NCBI GenBank assembly: GCA_050173015.1
Contig: JBFXLE010000015.1
Location: 31,463 to 95,462 of the forward strand
DNA: 64,000 bases
Origin: Calditrichaceae bacterium
GTDB lineage: Bacteria; Calditrichota; Calditrichia; Calditrichales; JBFXGD01
Reading direction: 5' to 3'
Below are positions 18,151-28,280 of this stretch, in pieces (positions within the stretch are counted from its first letter, which is position 1; each line of letters opens with the position of its first letter). The notes below the pieces were generated by a model that ran no database searches, was not told the origin of the DNA, and worked only from the letters and a program-made list of their open reading frames with translations. The position numbers were made by a program, and so were the translations under genes.

Positions 18151-18918
18151 CCTGTCATCGGGCCCGTCGTACTCTACATCGGTTGGATGGATTTTACGCA
18201 TGGGCTTATATCTCAGTTTTTCCTCATAAACATGCGCCACCAGACCGGGAACCCTGGCGATCATAAAAAAGGCGTTTGCCAGCATGGGATCAAAATCCAT
18301 TTCACACAGCAGCGCCGCAATCGCGCCGTCCACATTTAACGGTAAAGATTTTCCTGTTTCCATTTTTAGCATTTTGACAAATGCATTAACCATCTGAACA
18401 TAATCCCCGGCTATGCCCAGCTCATCAGCAATTTTGAACAGTTTTTTTGTGCGTGGATCATCAGTGTGCAACCGATGGCCAAAGCCAGACAACCGTTTCT
18501 TGATCGCCTGGTAATCATCGATTACGCTTTTTGCCGCCGCGTCAAAACTTTGGCCGTCGTTTTTCACCAGATCCATTCCCTGACGAAGAATATGCATACA
18601 ATCTTCGATCGCGCCTCCATGGTACTTGGATATTGATAAAATTCCGGCTGCCACAGCCGCGTTCATCGGCGCCCCGGTAGAAGCGACGGTCAGCGCGCTT
18701 AATACCGACGGCGGAGTTGTTCCATGATCTACGGATGATACGAGAATACTCTCTATCATTTTTCCAATATTCTCTGAGGGCATATCCCCTTTGAATAAAA
18801 GGTAAATCATCTGTGCATAGCTCACCTTGCCCATTAATTCATCCAGCTTATAACCTCTGACTGAAAGATTATTTGGTTCGACTTTTGTTATGGCCGATTT
18901 CCAGTGAAGATCAGACAT
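18145..18918 (-). CDS. Citryl-CoA lyase / short citrate-synthase-family protein
   Basis: WKSAIT..VRGY start; DHG, HGGAIE, GFGH and LNVDG motifs; 257 aa is too short for a full citrate synthase. Confidence 0.8.
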   Translation of the reverse strand: MSDLHWKSAITKVEPNNLSVRGYKLDELMGKVSYAQMIYLLFKGDMPSENIGKMIESILVSSVDHGTTPPSVLSALTVASTGAPMNAAVAAGILSISKYHGGAIEDCMHILRQGMDLVKNDGQSFDAAAKSVIDDYQAIKKRLSGFGHRLHTDDPRTKKLFKIADELGIAGDYVQMVNAFVKMLKMETGKSLPLNVDGAIAALLCEMDFDPMLANAFFMIARVPGLVAHVYEEKLRYKPMRKIHPTDVEYDGPDDRK

Positions 18919-18990
18919 GATTGTCTCCTGTATTTCGTTGATTATTCAATAGTCCAGATTGAAATGTTATCCGTTTATAATCACTAAAAA

Positions 18991-19758
18991 TTACACCTTC
19001 TCAAAAAGCTCCATTGCCTCGTCTCCATATTTTTTATGGATACGGATCGTATAAATATCATGGACAATGTAATCCTTGGCCAGCATCACCAATCCTGAAT
19101 TTGCCGTCCATACCGCGTTACAGGTACCGTCCTCAAGAAAATGTCCGACAATGACCTTTTTATCATCAACAATGAGGGTGATTCTCCTTCCGCCCCGTTC
19201 CAGACGGATATGATGTTCTCGCCCGTGAGGGAACTCTTTCCCGATTCCAAAATACTTCTTCCCAAAATGAACGATGGAAATCCTTACGCCATTCTTCTCT
19301 GCCAGTTTCAGACTTTCGCTTATCTCTTCAACTTCCTCATCCCAAACCGACAAATATAGCTGTTTGCTGCTCTGTCCGATGAATTCATTCACTTTGCGGA
19401 GAATGGTATCGCGGTCCGCAATATTCCAGATATAATTATCCGACAGCTGCTCCTCGGTGTAAACCTTATTCAGCTTATCGCTAAGCTGATCAAGGGTATG
19501 CATATAATCTCCCTTCAACCGTGAAATAATCTCATCAGGCGACACAGGGACATATTTCTTTGGTTCGGAGTCGATCGGCAAAATAACATCTTTATCGATC
19601 AGTTTATTTAATATCTGGTATATCTTTGACGCGGGAATACCGGAATTTTTGGCGAGCTCGTATCCGGTCACATTGGATTGCTGCACCAGAGCAAGGTACG
19701 CCTGTGACTCATATTGCGTGAATCCGATATTTTGAAGAAGCGAGATTATTTTTTTCAT
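18991..19758 (-). CDS. TrmB family transcriptional regulator
   Basis: GFTQYESQAY...TGYELAKNSGIPASKIYQIL winged HTH plus a C-terminal effector domain. Confidence 0.9.
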   Translation of the reverse strand: MKKIISLLQNIGFTQYESQAYLALVQQSNVTGYELAKNSGIPASKIYQILNKLIDKDVILPIDSEPKKYVPVSPDEIISRLKGDYMHTLDQLSDKLNKVYTEEQLSDNYIWNIADRDTILRKVNEFIGQSSKQLYLSVWDEEVEEISESLKLAEKNGVRISIVHFGKKYFGIGKEFPHGREHHIRLERGGRRITLIVDDKKVIVGHFLEDGTCNAVWTANSGLVMLAKDYIVHDIYTIRIHKKYGDEAMELFEKV

Positions 19759-19988
19759 ATTGCCTGCATTAAATATTTTTGATTATATTGCCTACCAGAG
19801 TAGTTATTAATTTATGAATTCAATTTTGCTGTCACAAGAGGAATTTGAAAATCTTTTTCAAAACGAACTTTTTTCCTCTTTAATTTGGTTGCCGCATATG
19901 AGGGATAATCAGTAACATATGTAAATTTTTACTATAATACGCAACAACACAACTGCTTCTTGAAAGCCAAAAATATGCAGGAGTCATT

Positions 19989-21533
19989 ATGAAGTTGGTT
20001 AAAAATGTATTGGGTCGGGATGTGCCTGTCGAAATAAACGGAAATAAAGCCATCCCGTTTAAAGGTATCGGTAAACATAAGCCTGCCGGAAGAAAAACGG
20101 GACCTCCCATCCCTACCGGAGCGGACTATAAAACAAAAGTTCTGAAAAATATTGACGAGGCCTTAGACCGGCTGGAATTAAAAAACGGGATGACCATTTC
20201 CTTTCATCATCATCTGCGTAACGGCGATGTCATTGTCAATCTGATTGTTGATAAATTAGCCCAACGCGGTCTGAAGGATTTAGTTTTGGCCCCATCGGCT
20301 CTTTTCCCAGTCCATGAACCGATTGTTGAACAAATAAAAAATGGTACCGTCTCCCATGTGCTTGGGTCGATGAATGGTCCAATCGGCAAACTCTGCACAG
20401 TGGGCGGGATGAAAAAAACCGCCATTCTCAGATCTCACGGAGGCCGCTATCGGGCCATTCAGGACGGAGATCTGCATATCGACGCGGCATTCATCGCCGC
20501 ACCGACAGCGGATACTCACGGAAACGCCAACGGGGTGCACGGTCCTTCCGCCTGCGGTCCGCTCGGCTTTGCCCTGGCCGATTCCCTTTATGCCGATAAG
20601 GTGGTCGTCATCAGTGATAATATTGTACCCTTTCCCACCTATCCCTGGTCTATCGAGGGCGGGAATGTGGATTATGTAGTCTCTATAGATAAATTAGGTG
20701 ATCCATCAAAAATTGTTTCCGGAACCACACAGATAACCACCGAACCCGATCGTCTTAAAATCGCCTCCATGGCCGCTCAGCTTGTTCGTGACGCCGGCCT
20801 TATTTATGAGCCGGAGTTTTCATTTCAGGCCGGCGCGGGAGGAATGTCTCTGGCATTTATTCAATATATCGCCGATTATATGCGCGAAAAGAACATTGTC
20901 GCCGACTTTGTCCGCGGCGGTTCCACACAGCTTCTTGTCAACATGCTTAAAGAGGAAATGACCCGGTTTATTCTTGACGGTCAATCGTTCGACCTCGCCG
21001 GTGTTGAATCTCTCCGGAACAATCCGAACCATATCGAAACCAACCCGTTCGTTTCATATAACTATCATACCAAGGGATGTTTCGCCCCCAGGGTAAAAGC
21101 ATCCGTTCTCGGCGGGACAGAGATAGACCTCGATTTTAACGTAAATGTCAACACGCATTCTGACGGGTGGCTGCTACACGGGATCGGCGGATTCCAGGAT
21201 GCCGCCGATGCGTATATGACGATTATAACAGCGCCATTGTACCGTAAAACGAATCCCATAGTTGTTGAACGGGTTCACACCATCACCGCTCCCGGTGAAA
21301 CAATTGACGCCATCGTAACTGACCACGGCATCGCCATCAATCCCAATCGCGGGGATCTGCTGGACCGTCTTAAAAACAGCAATCTTCCGATTATCTCGAT
21401 TGAGGAGTTGCATGATAAAGCTATCGGATTCACCGGCAAACCGGAAAAACCCAAGACCAAAGATAATGTGGTCGCGGTGATTGAATGGCGGGATGGCACA
21501 ATTATAGATTCAGTTCGAGAACTTGATATTTAA
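19989..21533 (+). CDS. citF: Citrate lyase alpha chain (citrate CoA/ACP-transferase)
   Basis: GMTISFHHHLRNGD, RSHGGR, SACGPLG, FQAGAGG, GIGGFQD and VIEWRDG motifs. Confidence 0.9.
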   Translation: MKLVKNVLGRDVPVEINGNKAIPFKGIGKHKPAGRKTGPPIPTGADYKTKVLKNIDEALDRLELKNGMTISFHHHLRNGDVIVNLIVDKLAQRGLKDLVLAPSALFPVHEPIVEQIKNGTVSHVLGSMNGPIGKLCTVGGMKKTAILRSHGGRYRAIQDGDLHIDAAFIAAPTADTHGNANGVHGPSACGPLGFALADSLYADKVVVISDNIVPFPTYPWSIEGGNVDYVVSIDKLGDPSKIVSGTTQITTEPDRLKIASMAAQLVRDAGLIYEPEFSFQAGAGGMSLAFIQYIADYMREKNIVADFVRGGSTQLLVNMLKEEMTRFILDGQSFDLAGVESLRNNPNHIETNPFVSYNYHTKGCFAPRVKASVLGGTEIDLDFNVNVNTHSDGWLLHGIGGFQDAADAYMTIITAPLYRKTNPIVVERVHTITAPGETIDAIVTDHGIAINPNRGDLLDRLKNSNLPIISIEELHDKAIGFTGKPEKPKTKDNVVAVIEWRDGTIIDSVRELDI

Positions 21534-21576
21534 TTTCAGCTTATCTTAACCGGCGCATAACATCTCGCTACAAAAG

Positions 21577-21608
21577 AAAAGAGGCCATCTGACAGACGGC
21601 CTCTTTTT
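21577..21608. terminator. Bidirectional rho-independent terminator
   Basis: AAAAGAGGCC...GGCCTCTTTT between convergent genes. Confidence 0.75.
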
Positions 21609-21619
21609 ATAATAACAGA

Positions 21620-22171
21620 CTATTTCTTTTTGCCGGTTATTGAATTTTTCTTCTTCGCTTTACGCTCAAGATAATCCGGGTGCGATGTCAGATTGTGCGA
21701 CATGAACACATGCTGAATTTCATTCCCGAATCCCTGCTGTTTAAAGAATTGTATCGCCGCCTTATTGCTTTTTTCCGTATCGACAATCATCATTCTGGCC
21801 CCATCTTCGATAAACTTATCCCGAAGCCGGCTGGTTAGCCGTTTTCCTATACCCTGTCTTTTTATATCCGGTTCAACACCGAGCCAGAGTATCCAACCGT
21901 AGCTCCATGCGCTGTGTCTTTTTGTTATAAAGGTTCCCAAAACAAAACCGGCAAAAACATCATCCAATTCGGCGACAAGACAAAAATCGCCATCTGAGGC
22001 AAATAATCCTACGATCTCATATTCATCCCAGGTGCGGTGAAGGTTCGGCCATTTTTCGGCTGTAAACAATTTTTCACCAAGAGCAAATACAGCCGGAAGG
22101 TCCTCCAGTTCCATTTCCCGAATATACACATTTCCTGCCGGACCCTTTTTCTTACCTGTTTGCGTAGCCAT
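21620..22171 (-). CDS. GNAT family N-acetyltransferase
   Basis: LGVEPDIKRQGIGK acetyl-CoA motif; N..AIQFF...GF. Confidence 0.85.
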   Translation of the reverse strand: MATQTGKKKGPAGNVYIREMELEDLPAVFALGEKLFTAEKWPNLHRTWDEYEIVGLFASDGDFCLVAELDDVFAGFVLGTFITKRHSAWSYGWILWLGVEPDIKRQGIGKRLTSRLRDKFIEDGARMMIVDTEKSNKAAIQFFKQQGFGNEIQHVFMSHNLTSHPDYLERKAKKKNSITGKKK

Positions 22172-22389
22172 AAATTTCCCATGATAGTTCCACATCAACA
22201 ATTAAGTCAATCAACTTTGAATATTACTCAAAAATAACGCCTGATCAAGACAAATCTTTCCCAAATTTTGATTCATTTCTAAAGAATATCCAATATTATT
22301 CATTTTTTTGAAATATAATTTGATTGACAAAAGTTTGGCAGATTTAAGAACCAAAACAATTACTTTTGTTGATTTTTAAGGAGTATTTT

Positions 22390-23097
22390 ATGCGATTTAA
22401 TATATATCCTGTTTTATTGTTAATATTTTTATTTGTCGGTACCGGGCTTGCCGATCGTAGAAGTTACGTTTGGACCTATCAGTACATGACCCTTCCGGCG
22501 GGATTAACTGAACTGGAGTTTTACCAGACCACACGCCTGAGCGATACCGATCTGTGGGAATACAGAATCGAAATAGAACACGGTTTCACCGACAGGTGGG
22601 ATTTTTCCGTTTATCAGATTTTTAGTCAGCTTGAAGATGAAGCTTTTAAATGGGATGCTGTGCAGTTTCGCACCCGGTACAGAATCGGGGAAGTGGATCA
22701 GTATTTTATGGATCCCCTTCTTTATCTGGAATACCGTCGAAAAACTGACTTTAGCGAGGCCAACAAACTGGAAGCTAAACTCATTCTCGCGAAAACACTC
22801 TCAAAATTTAATCTTGCGATAAATCCGGTCTATGAATATTTCTTCGCACCGGGTGCGGAACATGAGGCCGGACTCGACGCGGGAATTTCCTGGGAATTCA
22901 GTCCTAAATTTGTAGCCGGAATGGAATCAACCACCCGATTTGAATTCAAAGATACAGAAACTGAAGTTGGGAGCTATCTCGGGCCGACAGTGTCATTTGC
23001 TTCCGGCAACTGGTGGTACACCATAGGCGCGGCCTGGGGACTGACCAGTGATTCTGATGACGCCAGGGTACGCTTTTTAATGGGTATTGAGTTATGA
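22390..23097 (+). CDS. Exported protein, probable small outer-membrane beta-barrel
   Basis: Signal peptide (GLA), aromatic alternating strands, RBS AAGGAG before ATG 22390. Confidence 0.6.
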   Translation: MRFNIYPVLLLIFLFVGTGLADRRSYVWTYQYMTLPAGLTELEFYQTTRLSDTDLWEYRIEIEHGFTDRWDFSVYQIFSQLEDEAFKWDAVQFRTRYRIGEVDQYFMDPLLYLEYRRKTDFSEANKLEAKLILAKTLSKFNLAINPVYEYFFAPGAEHEAGLDAGISWEFSPKFVAGMESTTRFEFKDTETEVGSYLGPTVSFASGNWWYTIGAAWGLTSDSDDARVRFLMGIEL

Positions 23098-23357
23098 CGA
23101 AGTTTTCAGGTTTTTTCATAGTATTGCTGTCCGCCGGAGTAATCCTGCATTGTTCCGCATCGAAACAAAACAAAAAACCAATGACTGAAGGGGAGCAATT
23201 ATTCAAGGCAAAATGCCGGTCTTGTCATACACTGCCAAATCCTGAAAAATTTGATGACAACGGGTGGGTTCCGGTAGTGACCAAATACGGAGAACGGGCC
23301 AAACTGAATAATGAACAAATCAGACTTATTATTAAATATTTACAAGATAATAACTAA
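23094..23357 (+). CDS. Monoheme cytochrome c, probable lipoprotein
   Basis: Hydrophobic N-terminus ending ILHC; GEQLFKAKCRSCH; ATGA overlap with the upstream gene. Confidence 0.8.
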   Translation: MTKFSGFFIVLLSAGVILHCSASKQNKKPMTEGEQLFKAKCRSCHTLPNPEKFDDNGWVPVVTKYGERAKLNNEQIRLIIKYLQDNN

Positions 23358-23361
23358 ATTT

Positions 23362-23402
23362 AAAAAAACCGGAGATATGAGAATATTTCCGGTTTTTTTT
23401 TC
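23362..23402. terminator. Bidirectional terminator
   Basis: A7-CCGGAGATAT...ATATTTCCGG-T-run between convergent genes. Confidence 0.7.
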
Positions 23403-23480
23403 GTTGTGACGTCATCACTCGATTTTTGTCGGGGGAGGCACGGCTGTGACGTCTGATTTTTCAGCGTTGCAGCTTTATTT

Positions 23481-24518
23481 TTATTGAGCGTGATTGTATT
23501 CCGGGCTGTTGATGTTTTGTATCCGGACACGATATTCAGCTTCAGAGATTTTGTTCTTCCAGTGACCGGACAGCATCGCGGCACCGGTACCAAGCATAAA
23601 TACTCCAACAATAATCACCCCATACACCCAAACCGGTATCGGCTTAGACTTCTTAGTAATTTTGAACTGGAGGGCCTCGTCAACCGGGCATGCGGTAATG
23701 CACTCGCCACAGGCCATACATTCATCGGAATATACGCGGTTCGCCTTATGCACCTGAATCAAAGAGGGGCAGACTTTTGTACATTTTTTGCAGTCGATGC
23801 AGGTTTCTTCATCTCTTGTGACCTTAACCGGACTAAACATGCTTAAAAATCCCAGCAGCGCCCCATAAGGACAGAGATACCGGCACCAGAAATTTTTAAC
23901 AACCACTGAAAGAACCACAAGAATTAGAATTGACCACATGGCAAATTCACTAATGTTCGCAAAAAACAACAGCATTTTTACATCTGCCAGCTTGTTGTAG
24001 GGACTTTCGATAAACATTTTAAGAGCAAACTCGTTCATTCCCAACAAGATGGCGTTCGCGAAAAATATCAAGATGAGATACTTTAACGATCTTAGCGGGT
24101 AGTCGAGCCATTTAGGCAGGGCAAAAGTTCTTCCGAATATTTTCTGACCAAAATTCCAAAGCATCTCGGATATGAAACCGACCGGGCAGATCCAGCTGCA
24201 AAATCCTTTTTTTAAGAATACGGCGGTAAACACAAATATCAGAAATAACACAAGAGCCGAAGGATGAATCATGCTGAATTCCCCGCTCAATATCCAATAT
24301 TTGAGACTTACCAGCGCTCCGATCGGGAGAAATCCCTCCACACCCGGAGGACGTTCAAATCGCGCCGTTTGCCCGCCGCTAAGGTGATACTCAACAAATC
24401 CGTAGAATTCATATCCGATCCATAAGATCAGCAATAAAAATCCGAGCTGAACACTAAAACGGACATTTTGGCCATGCCTCAGCCAGTGATATATATCTAA
24501 AAATATCTTCTTTATCAT
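23481..24518 (-). CDS. Membrane 4Fe-4S binding protein (YccM/NapH-like)
   Basis: TM helices; FCSWICP, WCRYLCP, CIDCKKCTKVCP and CMACGECITACP. Confidence 0.9.
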   Translation of the reverse strand: MIKKIFLDIYHWLRHGQNVRFSVQLGFLLLILWIGYEFYGFVEYHLSGGQTARFERPPGVEGFLPIGALVSLKYWILSGEFSMIHPSALVLFLIFVFTAVFLKKGFCSWICPVGFISEMLWNFGQKIFGRTFALPKWLDYPLRSLKYLILIFFANAILLGMNEFALKMFIESPYNKLADVKMLLFFANISEFAMWSILILVVLSVVVKNFWCRYLCPYGALLGFLSMFSPVKVTRDEETCIDCKKCTKVCPSLIQVHKANRVYSDECMACGECITACPVDEALQFKITKKSKPIPVWVYGVIIVGVFMLGTGAAMLSGHWKNKISEAEYRVRIQNINSPEYNHAQ

Positions 24519-24836
24519 TTTAATCCGCCAAACAACATACAATTACTATAACATGGTAGCAATTTAATTATCCGGTCATGTTTTTGCAATAAAATAAAAA
24601 ATTAATGACCATAATCGCGCTCCAAAACCGACCAAGATTTAATGGATTATTGTTCGGAATCAGTTTTCGGTATCCTGAAAGAATCCTTTATAAAATTTCA
24701 TTAAAATCCGCTGTTAAAAAAACGGCTGATTTCATTTTTTATGAGATTTAAGGTTTTTATTCCTGTTGAATTAATACTCTCATGTTTATATTTTGCATCT
24801 TAATCTTTGTGCCATAAAAAGGTATTTACGGATATA

Positions 24837-25538
24837 ATGAAATTTAAAGACAAGCTGATCGAGGGAACCCTGATAAAAAGATACAAAAGGTTCCTTGCTG
24901 ACGTAAAATTAAAGGACGGAACATTTTTAACGGTTCATTGCCCAAATTCCGGCAGCATGAAAACCTGCAAAGAACCCGGCTGGAAAGTAATGCTAAGCGA
25001 TTCCGGAAACCCGAAACGAAAATTTCGTTATACATGGGAAATGGTGCATAACGGTATCTGCTGGATCGGCATCAACACTCATCTTGCCAACCGCGCGGCC
25101 GTTGAGGCTATTCAGAATCAATGGATCCCTGAACTGAGCGGATATGACAAACTAAAAACAGAGGTGGGTTATGGCAAAAACAGCCGCATCGACATCCTTT
25201 TGGAAAATCATCGGCAGCTCTGTTATGTCGAAGTGAAAAACGTAACCCTGGTCGAAGAGGACGGTTATTATAAATTTCCCGATTCGGTGACTGAACGCGG
25301 GCGGAAACATCTTTATGAGCTTGCCGATATGGTGAAACAGGGTCACCGGGCGGTGATGCTATATGTTATTCAGCGGAGCGACGGCAGCGTCTTCCGTCCG
25401 GCCGCGCATATTGATACCGCTTATTCTGAGAGTCTTAAAGAGGTTCATCAGATGGGAGTGGAGATTTTAGCATACCGCGCTGATGTCACTCCCGGGAAAA
25501 TAGAATTAAAACACAAGACAGATTATTTTTTAGGATAG
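24837..25538 (+). CDS. sfsA: Sugar fermentation stimulation protein / nuclease SfsA
   Basis: RYKRFLADV, HCPNSGSM, SRIDILL, YVEVKNV and FPDSVTERGRKHL. Confidence 0.95.
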   Translation: MKFKDKLIEGTLIKRYKRFLADVKLKDGTFLTVHCPNSGSMKTCKEPGWKVMLSDSGNPKRKFRYTWEMVHNGICWIGINTHLANRAAVEAIQNQWIPELSGYDKLKTEVGYGKNSRIDILLENHRQLCYVEVKNVTLVEEDGYYKFPDSVTERGRKHLYELADMVKQGHRAVMLYVIQRSDGSVFRPAAHIDTAYSESLKEVHQMGVEILAYRADVTPGKIELKHKTDYFLG

Positions 25539-25545
25539 ACAAATT

Positions 25546-26337
25546 ATGCCCAAAAGATACGGCTTCACCAAAGAATTCGAAACAATACGCGAAAATCTTC
25601 ATTTTGTCCTGGTATCGCCTGAATCTCCCGGGAATATCGGCGCTGTGGCCAGGGCGATAAAGACCTGCGGTTTTAAAAAACTGATCCTGGTGAATCCATG
25701 CGACCTGAATCATCTTGATTTGAGGATGATGGCTCATCGTTCCATCGAAATTATTGAAAACGCGAAAATTGTGGACTCATTTGATGAAGCGATAGCCGAT
25801 ATGCACCTAACCATAGGCACAACAATGAGGAATCGTCACTTTAAATTTCCTTTCATTGGTCCGAAAGAGACCGCGATCCGTCTTCAGGAAACAGCGCGCC
25901 AATATCCCGTCGCGATTGTATTCGGCAGAGAAAGAACCGGCCTTACCAATGAGGAATTAACCAAATGTCATATACATTCAAGCATCGCTACGGCTACTCA
26001 AAATCCGGCGTTAAATCTGTCACAGGCGGTAATGATCTACGCGTACACTTTTTTTGAAATACAGAATGAGGTGGAGAAAAATTATACCTATGATCTGGCA
26101 TCTCAAAACGAACTGGAAATTTATTATCAGCATCTGATCGATTCACTGAAGCGGGTCAATTTTCTTCCCCGTGACGGATATGACAAATTTATCATCCGGG
26201 TTAAACGGATGCTGGGCCGGTCCATGGCGGAAAAACGTGATGTGAGACTACTCCACAAGTTACTGCAGATTTTTGAAACCAGGATCACAGATCTTGAAAA
26301 AATGAATCAAAATCATGATAAAAGAGAAATATTTTAA
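25546..26337 (+). CDS. SPOUT RNA methyltransferase, TrmJ/LasT family
   Basis: PGNIGAVARA, VFGRERTGLTNEEL and ALNLSQAV. Confidence 0.9.
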   Translation: MPKRYGFTKEFETIRENLHFVLVSPESPGNIGAVARAIKTCGFKKLILVNPCDLNHLDLRMMAHRSIEIIENAKIVDSFDEAIADMHLTIGTTMRNRHFKFPFIGPKETAIRLQETARQYPVAIVFGRERTGLTNEELTKCHIHSSIATATQNPALNLSQAVMIYAYTFFEIQNEVEKNYTYDLASQNELEIYYQHLIDSLKRVNFLPRDGYDKFIIRVKRMLGRSMAEKRDVRLLHKLLQIFETRITDLEKMNQNHDKREIF

Positions 26338-26508
26338 CAATTCATCCCTGTTCACTGTGTTTCGGACTTAACAATTTTCTTTCAATTCCAAGGAATTTGA
26401 TTCATAAAATCTACGTTATTTCAAAATGAACGTGATCAAATCATTTTGTTATTTAAGTGTTTAATTTTGTTACCGTAGTTCATATATAATCAAAAATTGA
26501 GGTAAAAA

Positions 26509-27030
26509 ATGGCAAACATTCCTGAAAATCTTGAAGATATTTTAAAAAAATCAATTCAGCTTGAGGAAGAAGGAAAAAAGTTCTATCTGGAGTCTGCAAA
26601 AAAAATCAAAAATTCACTCGGCAAACGGATGCTGGAGCGTCTCGCGGCAGATGAAGTTCATCACATCGAACGGATCAAAGAAATTTATGAAGCGATTACC
26701 GATGACAAAGTAGATGACTTTGTTGTTTCCGAGGCTAATCCCGTGTCATTTAACGATATTTTCAACCGGATGAAAGAGCAGCTTCAGGACGCGGTTGAGG
26801 AAATGTCTGAAACCGGCGTGGATGACGCGGAGATGATCGAAATGGCGCTCGAGCTTGAACATCACGGTCACTTTTTTTACGCTGACGCCGCAAAGAAGGT
26901 AAAAGACAAAAAGGTAAAACAGTTCTATGAAATGTTGGCTGAAGAAGAAAAGGCCCACTACGATGTACTGCGAAAAACACACGGTTTTCTCGAAGATCCG
27001 GGGTTGTTCTTCAGTATGGCTCATCATTAA
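26509..27030 (+). CDS. Ferritin-like/rubrerythrin family protein
   Basis: Two repeats of E..G..FY...LA.(D/E)E..H diiron motifs. Confidence 0.85.
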   Translation: MANIPENLEDILKKSIQLEEEGKKFYLESAKKIKNSLGKRMLERLAADEVHHIERIKEIYEAITDDKVDDFVVSEANPVSFNDIFNRMKEQLQDAVEEMSETGVDDAEMIEMALELEHHGHFFYADAAKKVKDKKVKQFYEMLAEEEKAHYDVLRKTHGFLEDPGLFFSMAHH

Positions 27031-27058
27031 AAAAAAAGCCGGTTCACGCCGGCTTTTT
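27029..27058. terminator. Bidirectional terminator
   Basis: A-run-GCCGG-ttcacg-CCGGC-T-run. Confidence 0.7.
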
Positions 27059-27078
27059 CTATTTTTACTCCGTTTTTA

Positions 27079-28152
27079 TCAATCCACCCAATCAGCGATA
27101 AAAACATTTGTATCTCTCGGATTCCGGTTAAAACGGTTAGAAGCAAACACCAGTTTCTTGCCGTCGCGCGTAAACATCGGGAATCCGTCAAAATTGTCAA
27201 AAAAGGTGATTTGCTCTAATCCCGTTCCGTCTTCATTAATCATCCAGATATTAAAATCCGGTTTACGCCGGTCGACGCTGTTTAAATTCGAACAAAACAG
27301 AATGCGATTATTATCAGGATGATAAAACGGAGCAAAATTGGCAAATTCGTTATCCGTCACCTGATGCTTGTTATTCCCATCCGCGTCCATCACCCAAATC
27401 TGAAAGGCATTAGGCTCAATCAGTTCTTCTGAGAGAAGATCCTTATATCTTTTTATTTCTTCTTCGGTTTTAGGGTGATATGAACGGTACACAATCTTAC
27501 TTCCGTCCCATGAAAAGAACGGGCCGCCGTCATAACCTGTTTCGGTTGTTAACCGTTTCAGATCGCTACCGTCAATATTCGCCGTGTAAATATCCAGATC
27601 TCCGTCACGCATTGATGTGAATACTATTTTATCACCCTTTGGAGATATAGTCGCTTCCGCGTCGTAACCCGGGGAGGCCAAAAACGGCTCGGGATTACTC
27701 CCGTCAGAATTAGCGATATACAAATCAAAACTGTTATAAACTTTCCATACATACCCCTTTGAGAAATCCGCGCGGGGAGGGCATTCCAAACCAGCCGCGT
27801 GTGTTGAAGCGTAGATGATTTTTTGATCACCCGGCAGGAAATACGAACATGTGGTTCTCCCTTTACCCGTACTGACCAGCGACTTACCCGATCCATCAAT
27901 ATTCATGGTAAATATCTGATCACATTTATATTCTCCGTGAGTGGACTGAAATATCAGCCGCTTTTCATCGAAACTAAAGTAGGCTTCCGCGTTTTCACCT
28001 TCAAACGTCAGCATTCGAATGTTCTTCAGATGCTGTTCCCGCGCAAACCGGAGCGTATCCGCGTCAGCGACGGAAGATGACTTCTGATCACTATTACCGC
28101 ATGAGAACATGATAAACGAGATACTCATCATAATTAATAATCGAATCATCAA
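27079..28152 (-). CDS. TolB-like PD40 beta-propeller lipoprotein
   Basis: Lipobox MFSC; repeats ENAEAYFS, YDAEATISP, YDGGPFFS and FDGFPMF. Confidence 0.85.
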   Translation of the reverse strand: MMIRLLIMMSISFIMFSCGNSDQKSSSVADADTLRFAREQHLKNIRMLTFEGENAEAYFSFDEKRLIFQSTHGEYKCDQIFTMNIDGSGKSLVSTGKGRTTCSYFLPGDQKIIYASTHAAGLECPPRADFSKGYVWKVYNSFDLYIANSDGSNPEPFLASPGYDAEATISPKGDKIVFTSMRDGDLDIYTANIDGSDLKRLTTETGYDGGPFFSWDGSKIVYRSYHPKTEEEIKRYKDLLSEELIEPNAFQIWVMDADGNNKHQVTDNEFANFAPFYHPDNNRILFCSNLNSVDRRKPDFNIWMINEDGTGLEQITFFDNFDGFPMFTRDGKKLVFASNRFNRNPRDTNVFIADWVD

Positions 28153-28280
28153 TCCTCCATTGTTATGTTCTACGGACCATTTTCGCTTTACGCTTCCAGA
28201 TTATATCCATAATGTAAATATTATGCAAAAAAAAAGGAGATGCATGGGCACCTCCTTTCTCAACATTTTTAGACCAAATA

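Noticed and set aside
17095-18266. Repeated plus-strand ORFs (17095-17445, 17585-17809, 17949-18266)
   Set aside because: They are translations of the non-coding 364-bp repeat, with low-complexity Leu/Phe/Ser content and no RBS; the last overlaps ccl on the opposite strand.
19759-19988. TrmB operator in the trmB-citF divergent region (CTAC-caga-GTAG near 19792)
   Set aside because: The palindrome is too short to distinguish from chance.
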